Position numbers and translations under genes: made by a program. 64,000 nucleotides of DNA from an uncultured bacterium (GTDB lineage: Bacteria; Hydrothermota; Tepidihabitantia; Tepidihabitantales; DTDR01), in NCBI GenBank assembly GCA_964505415.1, contig CAZDHW010000003.1:7438-71437 (forward strand), given 5' to 3'. Positions 27,421 through 37,238 of the stretch are shown in pieces. Numbering within the stretch: the first letter of the stretch is position 1; each line of letters opens with the position of its first letter. The notes under the pieces are model-generated. The model was not told where the DNA came from. It did not search any database and worked only from the letters and a program-made list of their open reading frames with translations.

Positions 27421-28524
27421 ATGGTGCAATTATTGCTTTTAATTACTTTAATTAATTATCCGGTTTATCACGGTTGTGCAACTGCTAAAAATACTCCTTA
27501 TGTGTGGGTTTGCGAAAAAGAGAGTGCCTATATCTATAAATCTTTAAACTACGGTCGGAGTTTTTTAGAGCCAATAAATTTTACCTACCGCTATCTCTTT
27601 GATATCTTCGCCTTAGATTCTTTAAATCTTTGGCTTTGTGGCGAAGCTGGTTATATCTGGTATTCTTCTGATGGCGGTGAAAATTGGTTCCTTCAAAATC
27701 TTGGTGGTTCAAAATTTGTAACCCGCATTTTCTTTTTGAATGAAAATTATGGCTGGGCGGCTTGTGGTGAAGCAATTGTTTTATTAACTACTAATGGCGG
27801 TGAGGAATGGCAACAGATTATTTTACCAAATCCACCTTTTCCTGCCCGGGAGGTAGATTTTTATGGTGTCCATTTTATAAATGAAAATATTGGTTATCTT
27901 ACTGCTGGCAGATTCCCCGAAGGAGATTCTTTTCGTTTAGGGCAAGGTTACATTGCCAAAACTACTGATGGTGGTTATACCTGGCAACTACTTTTAAGAG
28001 ATAGTATCTATGACTTTTTTGATGTCTATTTTTTAGATGAAAATCGTGGTTATGTTTGTGGTGGTTGTGATACTAATTTTTCTGGCATTATTCTTTATAC
28101 CGATAATGGCGGCAGAAATTGGCAATATATAGAGGTTCCAGGAAATTATTTACGGGCAATGACAAAAATTGGCAACAAGATTTTTGCCTGCGGAATGTTT
28201 GGTACTATTGTTTATAGTGAAGATGGTATTAATTGGCAGCGGGCAGAGACACCACCTTGTTCTACCCTTTTTGATATCTCTTTTTCTGATTCTTTAAATG
28301 GCTGTGCGGTTGGCAGCCAAGCCATATTATACACCAATAACGGTGGTAGAAATTGGTACTTTTCTTCAATAGGAATTAAAGAAAATAAGGCTTCTTTTTT
28401 TAAAATTAATTTTAAAAAAGATAGAAACCTTTTTAATCCTATGGGTCAGAAAGTTAATTTTATAAAGAGAGGAATTTATTTCTATTACCAAAATAAAAAA
28501 ATTATTAGATTTATTACCCGATAA
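27421..28524 (+). CDS. YCF48/BNR(Asp-box)-repeat beta-propeller protein with short T9SS-like tail
   Basis: Repeated (S/T)xDGGxxW motifs; tail FNPMGQKV...RGIYF; SD AAGGAGG. Confidence 0.8.
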   Translation: MVQLLLLITLINYPVYHGCATAKNTPYVWVCEKESAYIYKSLNYGRSFLEPINFTYRYLFDIFALDSLNLWLCGEAGYIWYSSDGGENWFLQNLGGSKFVTRIFFLNENYGWAACGEAIVLLTTNGGEEWQQIILPNPPFPAREVDFYGVHFINENIGYLTAGRFPEGDSFRLGQGYIAKTTDGGYTWQLLLRDSIYDFFDVYFLDENRGYVCGGCDTNFSGIILYTDNGGRNWQYIEVPGNYLRAMTKIGNKIFACGMFGTIVYSEDGINWQRAETPPCSTLFDISFSDSLNGCAVGSQAILYTNNGGRNWYFSSIGIKENKASFFKINFKKDRNLFNPMGQKVNFIKRGIYFYYQNKKIIRFITR

Positions 28525-28532
28525 TAACCTTT

Positions 28533-28577
28533 AAGGAGACGGTATAGGAGGCTATTCCCTGAATACCTTCTTTTCTT
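28533..28577 (+). terminator. Possible intrinsic terminator
   Basis: Imperfect hairpin GGTAT-AGG...CCT-GA-ATACC followed by TTCTTTTCTTT. Confidence 0.35.
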
Positions 28578-28771
28578 TGGAATTCTGTTTTAAAATCTTG
28601 AATTTTTTATATTTTTATTTTTATAATATAACGAAAAGAAGATGGTTTTATTACCGCTAATTTTGATATTTGGTATAAAAATTGTAATATTATTCACTTG
28701 GTATGGAGAATGAAGATGTTGGTAAATTTGTTGCTAAATGAGAAAAAAATTATACAAAAGGAGGTTAAAAG

Positions 28772-31700
28772 ATGAAGAAATTGATATTCTTTTTATTTTT
28801 AACTATTGTTTTTGCTCAGGAAGGTGCTCGGTATCTAATTATTACCTATGACAATTTTGCGCCGGTCATAAAAGAACTTGCTGATTGGAAGACAAAAAAG
28901 GGTGTTTTGGCTAAGGTGGTGAAATTAAGTGAAATTGGTGGTAATAATGTGACTCTTATTAAAAATTATATCTTAAATGCCTATAATAATTGGCCAATAA
29001 GACCGGAATATGTTTTATTTGTTGGTTATCCAAATTTGTTAACCAGTTATTACGATCCAACTTATCGGATATATACTGATAATTGGTATTGCGATGTAAA
29101 TAATGATAATAAGGCTGATATTCCTTATGGTCGTTTTCCCGCAAGAAATATAAAAGAATGTTCATTAATGGTTAAAAAGACAATAGCTTATGAAAAATGT
29201 TTTACTTTTTCAATAGATACCTTATGGTTAAGAAAAAGTTGTGGCATTGTTAATGAAGGTGGTGATAGTGATGATACTATCTATTGGAACGATATTAGAC
29301 TTTTTGCTCAATATTGGGGTTCTTCTTTATATTTTTACGATTCATTAAGTAGATTAAGGGGTAATAATGCTAATGATGTGATAAATAGGGTAAATGAAGG
29401 AAGAGGATTTGTGGTGTATCGGGGAAGCGGTGTCGGTAATTGGTACTCACCATTTAATGTGAATCCTTATCAAACAAATAATAATCTTAAATCACCGATT
29501 ATTTTATCAATGACTTGTCAAACAATGAGTTTAAATAGTGCCTTATCAGAGACTACTTATGTGGGTCAAAGATGGTTATGGGCAGGAACTTATGATGCGC
29601 CCAAAGGTGCGGTCGCCTTTTTTGGCAATACCCATTCGGATGTGAATGTTGCCCGAGTAAGAAGTTGCGGTTTAAGGGCCTTTATAAAAGAATTATTTAT
29701 TAAAAAGAATAATATCTTAGGTAAATGTTGTCTGAAAGCCAAGGATACCATGTATCTTTGGAATTTTGCTGATGGTGTTGGTTTCAATCTTTTTGGTGAT
29801 CCAGAACTAAATATTTATACCGAAACCCCAAAAATTTTAAATGTCTCTCATCCAGCTTATATAATTAGGCAACCCCAATCTTTTTTAGTAAGGGTCTTAA
29901 GAAGCGGACAAGGCTTAGAAAGTGCTTTTGTTTGTATTAAAAAAGGCGATTCTTTACCTTTTGAAATTTATCAGTATGGTTATACTAATAATCAAGGCGA
30001 AATAACTTTTTCTCTTTCGCCACAAACAACCGGAATTATTGAAATTACTGTTACTTATAAAAACTCTTTACCTTACGAAGGTATTTGTGAAGTTATACCA
30101 GGGAGCGGTGCTTATCTCACTTTTGATACCTTACAAATTCTTGATTTTCCACCTTTAGGAAATGGTGATAACAAAATAAATCCTGGAGAAACAATTTTAA
30201 TGAGGGTAGGAATAAAAAATATTGGCAATGAAGTCGCTAATAATGTTACGGGAATTTTAAGGTCAAATTCATCAGAAGTTTTAATTTTAGATTCCTTTTC
30301 TTCTTACGGAGATATCCCACCCCAAGAAACAAGATTTAACGAAACTAATTTTCGACTCTATATTTCTCCTTATTGCCAATCTTCTTTCCTTTCTTTTTCT
30401 TTAAATCTATCTGACGAGAATAATAACAATTGGCAAATTTATTTTAATTCTCCCGTTTATAAAGGAAAGATAAGTTTTTTGAGTTATTTAATTAAAGATA
30501 CCTTTCCTTTGGGAAATAATAATCAAAGATTAGACCCTGGCGAAGGAGCAATTTTTATTATCACTTTAAAGAATGAAGGTAACGCCGAGTTGCAAAAAGT
30601 TTATTGTAAATTAAAAAGTGAAGATACCCTTTTAAGGATAAGTGATTCCTTAGGAAGTTTTGGGGAAATCCTTGTCAATCAAGTAAAAAATAATAATTCT
30701 GACCCCTTAGGTTTTTATTTATCACCAATAGTTTTTGCTGGGCGAGATTTTCGTTTAAAAGTTTATGTTTTTGGTAGTAGCCATACTTACGAAGTAAAAG
30801 ATTCTTTTTTAATTATTCTTACTTGTGGTGAAGCCACTACCACTTTACCCACTGGTCCTGATTTTTATGGCTATTATCTTTATGATAATACTGATATCTC
30901 TTCTGGTCGGGCACCAACTTATAATTGGATTGATATTAGAAGTATTGGCACTCAGATACCGGGTGTTTCCGAGGCAAACGATACCACCGTAACAATACCT
31001 TTACCTTTTAGATTCAAATTTTATGGTAATTTTTACGATTCAATATCTGTCTCTTCTAACGGTTTTCTTTCAATGGGGAGAACAAATTACCGTGCACCCG
31101 ATAATCTCCATTTGCCAAATACCGAACTTCCTCTCAACATAATTGCTCCTTTCTGGGATGATTTGAGTACTATAAGAAGGATGCAAAACGATCCAGTTAT
31201 TTATCAATACTATGATGCTAACAATCACATTTTTATAATTGAATTTTATAATCTTTACCATACGAATGCTACCAATCAAAGAGAAACTTTTGAAGTTATC
31301 TTTTATGACCCAAATTATTATCCCACACCTACGGGCGATGGGGAAATAGTTTTTCAATATAATACCGTAAGTAACGCTTTAAGCAATACAGTTGGTATTC
31401 AGAATAATAACGGTGGAATTGGGTTAACTTATCTTTTTAATGGCAATTATCATCCTACTGCCAGTCAAATTGTTGGTGGTCGGGCAATAAAGATTACTAC
31501 TAATATGCCTAATTTACCCTCTTTGCCTTTTGTTACTTTAGAAAACCTAAGTTTTAGCGATTCTTTAGGAAATAATAACGGCATTATTGAAATTGGCGAA
31601 CCAATTTTATTAAGAATTGCTTTAAAAAATTCAGGGACCCAAGGAGCTAATAACTTGATTGCTATTTTACAAAAGAGGGATAATGAGTGTTTTATTAATG

Positions 31701-32074
31701 AATCAATATTTAATATTGGTAATCTGGCAGTTGGCGAAATAAGAAACAATTATTCCCACCCTTATCTTTTTGTGGTTAGCAATAATCCCCAAGACACTGT
31801 TTTGGAATTTCTTTTAAAAATTCAAGGGGATAATTATCAAAGCGGTATCTATTTCAATTTAGGAATAGCCCAATTTTCAATAGTTTTAGAAAATAAAAAT
31901 AATCAAATTAAAATTTTGCCAACGATTTTAAGAAAAGAAAAAATAAAAGAACTTTTGGATAACAAAAACGAAGTTTTTGATTGTTTGGGAAGGAGATCAA
32001 AGTTAGCTGAGTTAAACCGCGGTATCTATTTTGTTAAGAAAAAGAACAAAAGGAAGATATTATTGATTAGATAA
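28772..32074 (+). CDS. Peptidase C25 (gingipain-like) family secreted protein with T9SS-like tail
   Basis: ARYLIIT..LADWKTKKG, YGRFPA, FNLFGDPEL, GPDFYGYY and APFWDDL; tail VFDCLGR...RGIYFVK. Confidence 0.85.
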   Translation: MKKLIFFLFLTIVFAQEGARYLIITYDNFAPVIKELADWKTKKGVLAKVVKLSEIGGNNVTLIKNYILNAYNNWPIRPEYVLFVGYPNLLTSYYDPTYRIYTDNWYCDVNNDNKADIPYGRFPARNIKECSLMVKKTIAYEKCFTFSIDTLWLRKSCGIVNEGGDSDDTIYWNDIRLFAQYWGSSLYFYDSLSRLRGNNANDVINRVNEGRGFVVYRGSGVGNWYSPFNVNPYQTNNNLKSPIILSMTCQTMSLNSALSETTYVGQRWLWAGTYDAPKGAVAFFGNTHSDVNVARVRSCGLRAFIKELFIKKNNILGKCCLKAKDTMYLWNFADGVGFNLFGDPELNIYTETPKILNVSHPAYIIRQPQSFLVRVLRSGQGLESAFVCIKKGDSLPFEIYQYGYTNNQGEITFSLSPQTTGIIEITVTYKNSLPYEGICEVIPGSGAYLTFDTLQILDFPPLGNGDNKINPGETILMRVGIKNIGNEVANNVTGILRSNSSEVLILDSFSSYGDIPPQETRFNETNFRLYISPYCQSSFLSFSLNLSDENNNNWQIYFNSPVYKGKISFLSYLIKDTFPLGNNNQRLDPGEGAIFIITLKNEGNAELQKVYCKLKSEDTLLRISDSLGSFGEILVNQVKNNNSDPLGFYLSPIVFAGRDFRLKVYVFGSSHTYEVKDSFLIILTCGEATTTLPTGPDFYGYYLYDNTDISSGRAPTYNWIDIRSIGTQIPGVSEANDTTVTIPLPFRFKFYGNFYDSISVSSNGFLSMGRTNYRAPDNLHLPNTELPLNIIAPFWDDLSTIRRMQNDPVIYQYYDANNHIFIIEFYNLYHTNATNQRETFEVIFYDPNYYPTPTGDGEIVFQYNTVSNALSNTVGIQNNNGGIGLTYLFNGNYHPTASQIVGGRAIKITTNMPNLPSLPFVTLENLSFSDSLGNNNGIIEIGEPILLRIALKNSGTQGANNLIAILQKRDNECFINESIFNIGNLAVGEIRNNYSHPYLFVVSNNPQDTVLEFLLKIQGDNYQSGIYFNLGIAQFSIVLENKNNQIKILPTILRKEKIKELLDNKNEVFDCLGRRSKLAELNRGIYFVKKKNKRKILLIR

Positions 32075-32188
32075 TTTTTTTAAAAAATTAAAATTAATCA
32101 TCCAAGATTTTGAAGAAAAAAAACAATAAATAAATTTCTATAAAAAGATAATTGTAATTTATAAAAAAATCAGCTATAATTTCCAAGA

Positions 32189-32509
32189 GTGGAAAATTTA
32201 ATACCGGAAGATTTTTATTTAACCTTTTCGCAAAAACTTTTTATCAAAGAAACTATTATTATCCTTTCTCTTTTTGACAATGATGTTGAAAATTTAATTA
32301 AAAAGAAAATTTTAGAAATAAAAGAATTGCCTAAAGATAGAATTTATAAGGGAAAAGAATTTTTTACTTATATTTTAAATTTGCGTTATCCGATTTTATC
32401 AAAAAAATGGGGGCTTTTAAAAAAATACCAACTTCCCAAAAATTTAGAATTTGATGAAGAAGAATATCCCTTTAAGGATGAAATAAGAGCAATCATTAAC
32501 ACAATTTAA
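32189..32509 (+). CDS. Hypothetical protein co-transcribed with SPL-like gene
   Basis: 106-aa ORF with near-leaderless promoter; ends 2 nt before the next gene. Confidence 0.6.
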   Translation: MENLIPEDFYLTFSQKLFIKETIIILSLFDNDVENLIKKKILEIKELPKDRIYKGKEFFTYILNLRYPILSKKWGLLKKYQLPKNLEFDEEEYPFKDEIRAIINTI

Positions 32510-32511
32510 AA

Positions 32512-33456
32512 ATGAAAAGAAAGATTGTCTTTGTAAAAAAATATGATTATGGTAAAGGGGTTTTTGATTTAGGCGATTATATTATTTCTTATGCCAGTTC
32601 CTGCCATTTTGGTTGTGAATATTGTTACTTAAAGTATGCTAAAGTTCCTAAAAAGATTGTTGTTTATGATAATTTGGAAGTATTAGAAAAAGAGATAAAG
32701 GAACTTTTTTCCACTAGTGAAGAAAAGAGATTTTATTTTAATTTAGGAGAAACTACCGATGCTTTCTTAAGTGAAAAGCACCTTTCAATAATTGATAAGA
32801 TTAGCGAAATTATTGAAAGAAACGCTTTGGTTTATAAAAAACAGGCAATTTTAGAATTGCGGACAAAAACTGAAAATATTTTCTGTTATTCTTTGAAGAA
32901 AAAAGAAAATTTAATTTATGTTTATGCCGTAAGTTTATTGCCCGAAGGAGTAATAAAAGAATTTGAAAAAAGCACTTCTTCTTTAGAAAAAAGAATAGCT
33001 ACAATAAAAAAAGCCCAAGAACTTGGTTTTTTAATTGGTTTAAGGTTTGAGCCAATAATTTTATATCCCGTTTTGGGAATTACTTATGAAGCTGTTTTAA
33101 CTTCGCTTAATAATCTTATTTCCGAATATCAAAAAATTTTTACCAAACTAAAGGAGATTTTAGATTTAAGATTTTTGTCAACAATTAGTTTGGGAACTTT
33201 GAGATTAACAAAAAGCCAATATAAAGATTTAAAAGAAAGAAAAAGCAAATTGGCTTTTTTTGAAATGGTTTTGTGCCCCGATAAAAAATATCGTTATTCC
33301 CGGCCAATCCGGGTTTTTATTTACAAAAATTTAATAAAAAAACTAAAAGAAATCTTTGATGATAAAATTATTGACAAAATTTATTTGACTACAGAATTTC
33401 CTTATATTTGGAAAGCCGTTGATTTACCTCTTAAAAAACTTATTGATTTTTATTGA
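32512..33456 (+). CDS. Spore photoproduct lyase-like radical SAM protein
   Basis: CHFGCEYCYL (CxxxCxxC), GETTD, ELRTK, RFEPII and DKKYRY motifs. Confidence 0.75.
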   Translation: MKRKIVFVKKYDYGKGVFDLGDYIISYASSCHFGCEYCYLKYAKVPKKIVVYDNLEVLEKEIKELFSTSEEKRFYFNLGETTDAFLSEKHLSIIDKISEIIERNALVYKKQAILELRTKTENIFCYSLKKKENLIYVYAVSLLPEGVIKEFEKSTSSLEKRIATIKKAQELGFLIGLRFEPIILYPVLGITYEAVLTSLNNLISEYQKIFTKLKEILDLRFLSTISLGTLRLTKSQYKDLKERKSKLAFFEMVLCPDKKYRYSRPIRVFIYKNLIKKLKEIFDDKIIDKIYLTTEFPYIWKAVDLPLKKLIDFY

Positions 33457-33543
33457 CATTTAAGAAAAAAATTTTTATAATTTTATATAAATGTTTTTAA
33501 AGATTTTTTTCTTAACAAAAAAAAATTTAAAAAGGAGGAATTA

Positions 33544-34551
33544 ATGAATATTAAAAAAATGGGGTTTCTTTTAGTATTATTTTTTTCTTTAATTTATCCC
33601 CAAAAAAATTCTAAACCTTTCTTACAAGATGGTGAGATTCTGCCTTATGAAGGGACGATGAAAAAAGCCTATATAGCCCGGGTTCATTATTTGGATGCGG
33701 ATGGTGACCGACCGGCAAAGATTTTTGTTTATATTGATGGTGTGCCTTATCCTTTGAAATTAAAAAAAGGAAGTCCGGCCAATGGTTGGTATTACAGTTC
33801 AAAATTAACTCTACCACCAGGCGAACATAAATATTATTTTTATTGTGAGGATGGTCACGGAAAATCCGACCGTTATCCGCGATACGGGGAAAAAACCGGT
33901 CCGATTGTTGGTATCCACAAAAAATTAAATAGAAAATCAAAATTACAAAAAGGTGGTGTTTATTTTGAAGAAGGAGAAGAAGGTAAAAATTTTATCTTTA
34001 AAGTAGATTATTGTGACCCTGATTTAAAGCCTCCCAAAGCGGTAATGGTAATTGTTGATGGACGAGCCTATCCAATGGAACTTCATAAAGGAGAAAAAGC
34101 AAATGGTACTTATATTAAAAGATTAAAATTGGAACCGATGAGACATGGGTATTATTTTATTGCTATTGATGATAAGGGTGAGAAGATTGCTTTACCCGAA
34201 GAAGGTTATATTTCGGGTCCAATGGTTTATGAGAAGGAAAATACTTCACCAATGTTGACTGATTGCAAATTGGTGCCGGAGTTAGGCAGTCCCAATACAA
34301 ATTTTGTTTTTTCGGCTTTTTACAAAGATGAAGATTTCGACCCTCCAGCAATTATTCAAGTCGTAATTGATAATATTCCTTATGATATGAAATTAGTAAA
34401 AGGTAAAAAATATTACGGAATTTATGAATTTAAAAAGAAATTTTTAGAAGGTAAATTTTTTAAATATTATTTTTATTGTGAAGATGGCAGAGGTGGCATC
34501 CGGCGTGTTCCCGAAAAAGGGTTCTTTTACGGACCTTTTGTAACAAAATAA
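33544..34551 (+). CDS. Secreted protein with three internal Ig-like repeats
   Basis: Signal peptide; 3x YxDxDxxxP...VxIDG...YYF...DG...GP. Confidence 0.65.
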   Translation: MNIKKMGFLLVLFFSLIYPQKNSKPFLQDGEILPYEGTMKKAYIARVHYLDADGDRPAKIFVYIDGVPYPLKLKKGSPANGWYYSSKLTLPPGEHKYYFYCEDGHGKSDRYPRYGEKTGPIVGIHKKLNRKSKLQKGGVYFEEGEEGKNFIFKVDYCDPDLKPPKAVMVIVDGRAYPMELHKGEKANGTYIKRLKLEPMRHGYYFIAIDDKGEKIALPEEGYISGPMVYEKENTSPMLTDCKLVPELGSPNTNFVFSAFYKDEDFDPPAIIQVVIDNIPYDMKLVKGKKYYGIYEFKKKFLEGKFFKYYFYCEDGRGGIRRVPEKGFFYGPFVTK

Positions 34552-34564
34552 AAAGGAGGAAGGA

Positions 34565-36364
34565 ATGGATAAAAAGAAAGCCTATCTTTCATATTTGCTT
34601 CTTTCACTCATTGTTTTTTTTAGTATCGGGTGTAAAAATAAGCCACCAAATAAGATAAAAGAAATTATTGCTCCCCAAAATGCCTATCGGTATGCGGCGG
34701 TAGAGATTCAGTTGTCAACTACTGACCCAGAAAAGAATGATATTTTCTATGTAGTTGATTGGGGAGACGGAACCATTGATACGACTGAAGAGAGTTTTGC
34801 CAGTGGGGAAACCGCAATTGTTGCCCATCGTTATATTAATGTTGGTACTTATCAAATTAAAGCGACCGCTAAAGATGATAAGGGGAATTTGCAAAAAGAA
34901 TGGTCAGCACCAAAATCAATCGAAATTTTACCTAATGAAAAACCGACAACGCCGGTAATTAGTTGTGAATATTCTTCGGCGGCTAAAAATGCCTTGTTAT
35001 ATTTTGAAGCTACTGCTACTGATCCGGATGGTGATTCCATTTCCTTTCAATTTATTTGGGAAAAGGGAAGAAAATCGAATTGGAGTCAATTCGTTCCTTC
35101 CGGTGGTAAGATATTAGATACTTACCGCTTTAAAGAACCGAAGACTTATGATGTAAAAGTAGTTGCCAAAGATAAAAAAGGAGGTCTTTCTGATACTTCT
35201 CAGCCATTTACTATTACGGTTTTAGATGAAGGGTATGTGATAAGGAAATACCAAACAGCAGAAGAAGATGGTTTCCTCTCTTCTCCCGCGGAGATTGATG
35301 TCGCTGGAGAAAAATGTCTGGGTATCGGTTGTTCTGATTATGGTTATTTATACTTCTTCAAAATACCTACCTTAAGCGTAAAAACCAAAGAAAATAATTA
35401 TGTCGGTCTTGCCGCAGATGCCTATTTCCAATGTACCGTTACTTGTGATAATTCTTTTGTTTATGCAGTTGAAGATAATGATATTGGCAATCATTTACAT
35501 ATTCTCAATAAATATGACCTTAAAAACTATTGGTATTATCCGGAACGAAATGAAACTACCCAAATAACCACAGCGGTTTGTGTCTTTGGTCAATATGCTG
35601 CTTTTGGTTGTAAAGATACTTTGGTAATTCTTGATGTTAGTAGCAAATCGGTTCATCGTAAAGTTTATATTGGTGCGGAAATTAATTCAGCGCCGGTAGA
35701 AAATAGTCAAGGAGAGATTATTTTTGGTGCCAACGACGGTAAATTATATAAAGTTACCCTTACGGGTGAAGTTAGCGTTCTTTATGATTTTGGCAATGCC
35801 AATCCTTTTGAAAATAATTCCCCCATTCTTGATAACAACAGGAATATTTATGTTGCTAATAAAAATATTATTATCTCTTTGACACCCAATGGTATTTTAA
35901 GATGGTGTGATACTTTAGAAAGTGAGATTGGGCAATTAGCCATCGGACCAGACAATTATCTCTATTTCGGTACTGATCAAGGTAAAATTTATGCCCTTTC
36001 TTTATCCGATGGAAAAATAAAAGCAAATTATCCAATAACTATCGTTGGTGCTAGTTTTCATAGTGCTCCCCTCTTTGCTCAAGATAATATTTTCTATATT
36101 TATAATAATGATGATGAAATACTCTATTCCTTAGAAGTATCTGGTAAAGTAAGATGGTATTGTGATGTTACCGAAGTAGTAGCAAAGACATTAGAAGAAC
36201 CATCCGAACTTGTTTCTCCGATTATCGGTCCTGACGGTAATATTTATATTGGCGCTTCTGATGGAGTTTATGTGGTACAAGGAAGGGCAACTGGAACACC
36301 GTTAACCAATTCACCTTGGCCAAGATGGCGCAGAAATAATTGGAATACCGGAAGTCTACGATAA
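34565..36364 (+). CDS. Lipoprotein with two PKD-like domains and a PQQ-like beta-propeller
   Basis: Lipobox SIGC; DWGDG and DPDGD; SPIIGPDGNIYIG; terminal PWPRWRRNNWNTG. Confidence 0.8.
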   Translation: MDKKKAYLSYLLLSLIVFFSIGCKNKPPNKIKEIIAPQNAYRYAAVEIQLSTTDPEKNDIFYVVDWGDGTIDTTEESFASGETAIVAHRYINVGTYQIKATAKDDKGNLQKEWSAPKSIEILPNEKPTTPVISCEYSSAAKNALLYFEATATDPDGDSISFQFIWEKGRKSNWSQFVPSGGKILDTYRFKEPKTYDVKVVAKDKKGGLSDTSQPFTITVLDEGYVIRKYQTAEEDGFLSSPAEIDVAGEKCLGIGCSDYGYLYFFKIPTLSVKTKENNYVGLAADAYFQCTVTCDNSFVYAVEDNDIGNHLHILNKYDLKNYWYYPERNETTQITTAVCVFGQYAAFGCKDTLVILDVSSKSVHRKVYIGAEINSAPVENSQGEIIFGANDGKLYKVTLTGEVSVLYDFGNANPFENNSPILDNNRNIYVANKNIIISLTPNGILRWCDTLESEIGQLAIGPDNYLYFGTDQGKIYALSLSDGKIKANYPITIVGASFHSAPLFAQDNIFYIYNNDDEILYSLEVSGKVRWYCDVTEVVAKTLEEPSELVSPIIGPDGNIYIGASDGVYVVQGRATGTPLTNSPWPRWRRNNWNTGSLR

Positions 36365-36383
36365 AAGAATTCTTTAAAAGGAC

Positions 36384-36419
36384 AGGGAGGAAGTAATTAC
36401 TTCCTCCCTTTTTCTTTTT
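36384..36419 (+). terminator. Intrinsic terminator (perfect 26-bp palindrome + U-tract)
   Basis: AGGGAGGAAGTAA/TTACTTCCTCCCT then TTTTCTTTTT. Confidence 0.8.
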
Positions 36420-37238
36420 ATGAAAATAGAAAAATTAATTAAAGAAGCTTTAAAAGAAGATATTGGTAAAAAAGATTTAACCACTTTTTATTTAAAAAAT
36501 AAGAATAAAATTGTTAAAGCGAAGGCAATTGCTAAAGAAGAGGGATTACTCTGCGGGATAAAGATTTTTAAAAAAGTCTTTTTAACTTATGATAAAAATA
36601 TAAAATTCCCCTTTTCTTTAAAGGATGGAAAGGCTTTTAAAAAAGGAGAAGTTCTTTGTGAAATTGTTGGCAAAGCCGGTTCAATTTTAACTTGTGAGAG
36701 AGTGGCTTTGAACTTTTTACAAAGATTATCCGGGATAGCTACTTTAACTAATAAATTTGTTAAAAAAATTGAAAAATATAAAGTAAAGATTCTTGATACC
36801 CGGAAAACAACCCCCCTTTTAAGAAAGTTAGAAAAATATGCGGTTAGAATTGGTGGCGGTTATAATCACCGGCTTTCTCTTGATAAAGGGATAATGATTA
36901 AAGATAATCATAAAAGAGTTGCTGGTTCATTAGAAAAGGCTATTTCCGAGATAAAAAGGATTAAAAGAAAAGTTCCTTTTATCTGTGAAGTGGAAAATTT
37001 AGAAGAATTTATTATTGCCCAAAAATTAGGTGTGAGATGGATAATGCTTGATAATTTCCCGATTGAAAAAATAAAAGAAGCCGTAAAAATAAGGAAAAAG
37101 GGAGTGAAAATAGAAGTCTCGGGAGGAGTAAATTTAGAAAATATAGAGAAGATTGCTCAAACTGGTGTTGATTATATTTCTATTGGTAGTCTTACCCATT
37201 CGCCGAAGGCAATAGATATCTCTTTAGAAATTGAATAA
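36420..37238 (+). CDS. nadC: Quinolinate phosphoribosyltransferase
   Basis: ERVALN, DTRKTTP, NHR, IKDNH, MLDN, EVSGG and SIGSLTHS motifs. Confidence 0.95.
   Translation: MKIEKLIKEALKEDIGKKDLTTFYLKNKNKIVKAKAIAKEEGLLCGIKIFKKVFLTYDKNIKFPFSLKDGKAFKKGEVLCEIVGKAGSILTCERVALNFLQRLSGIATLTNKFVKKIEKYKVKILDTRKTTPLLRKLEKYAVRIGGGYNHRLSLDKGIMIKDNHKRVAGSLEKAISEIKRIKRKVPFICEVENLEEFIIAQKLGVRWIMLDNFPIEKIKEAVKIRKKGVKIEVSGGVNLENIEKIAQTGVDYISIGSLTHSPKAIDISLEIE

Noticed and set aside
28533-28577. Fluoride riboswitch-like start (GGAGACGG)
   Set aside because: Lacks the rest of the crcB consensus; better explained as a weak terminator
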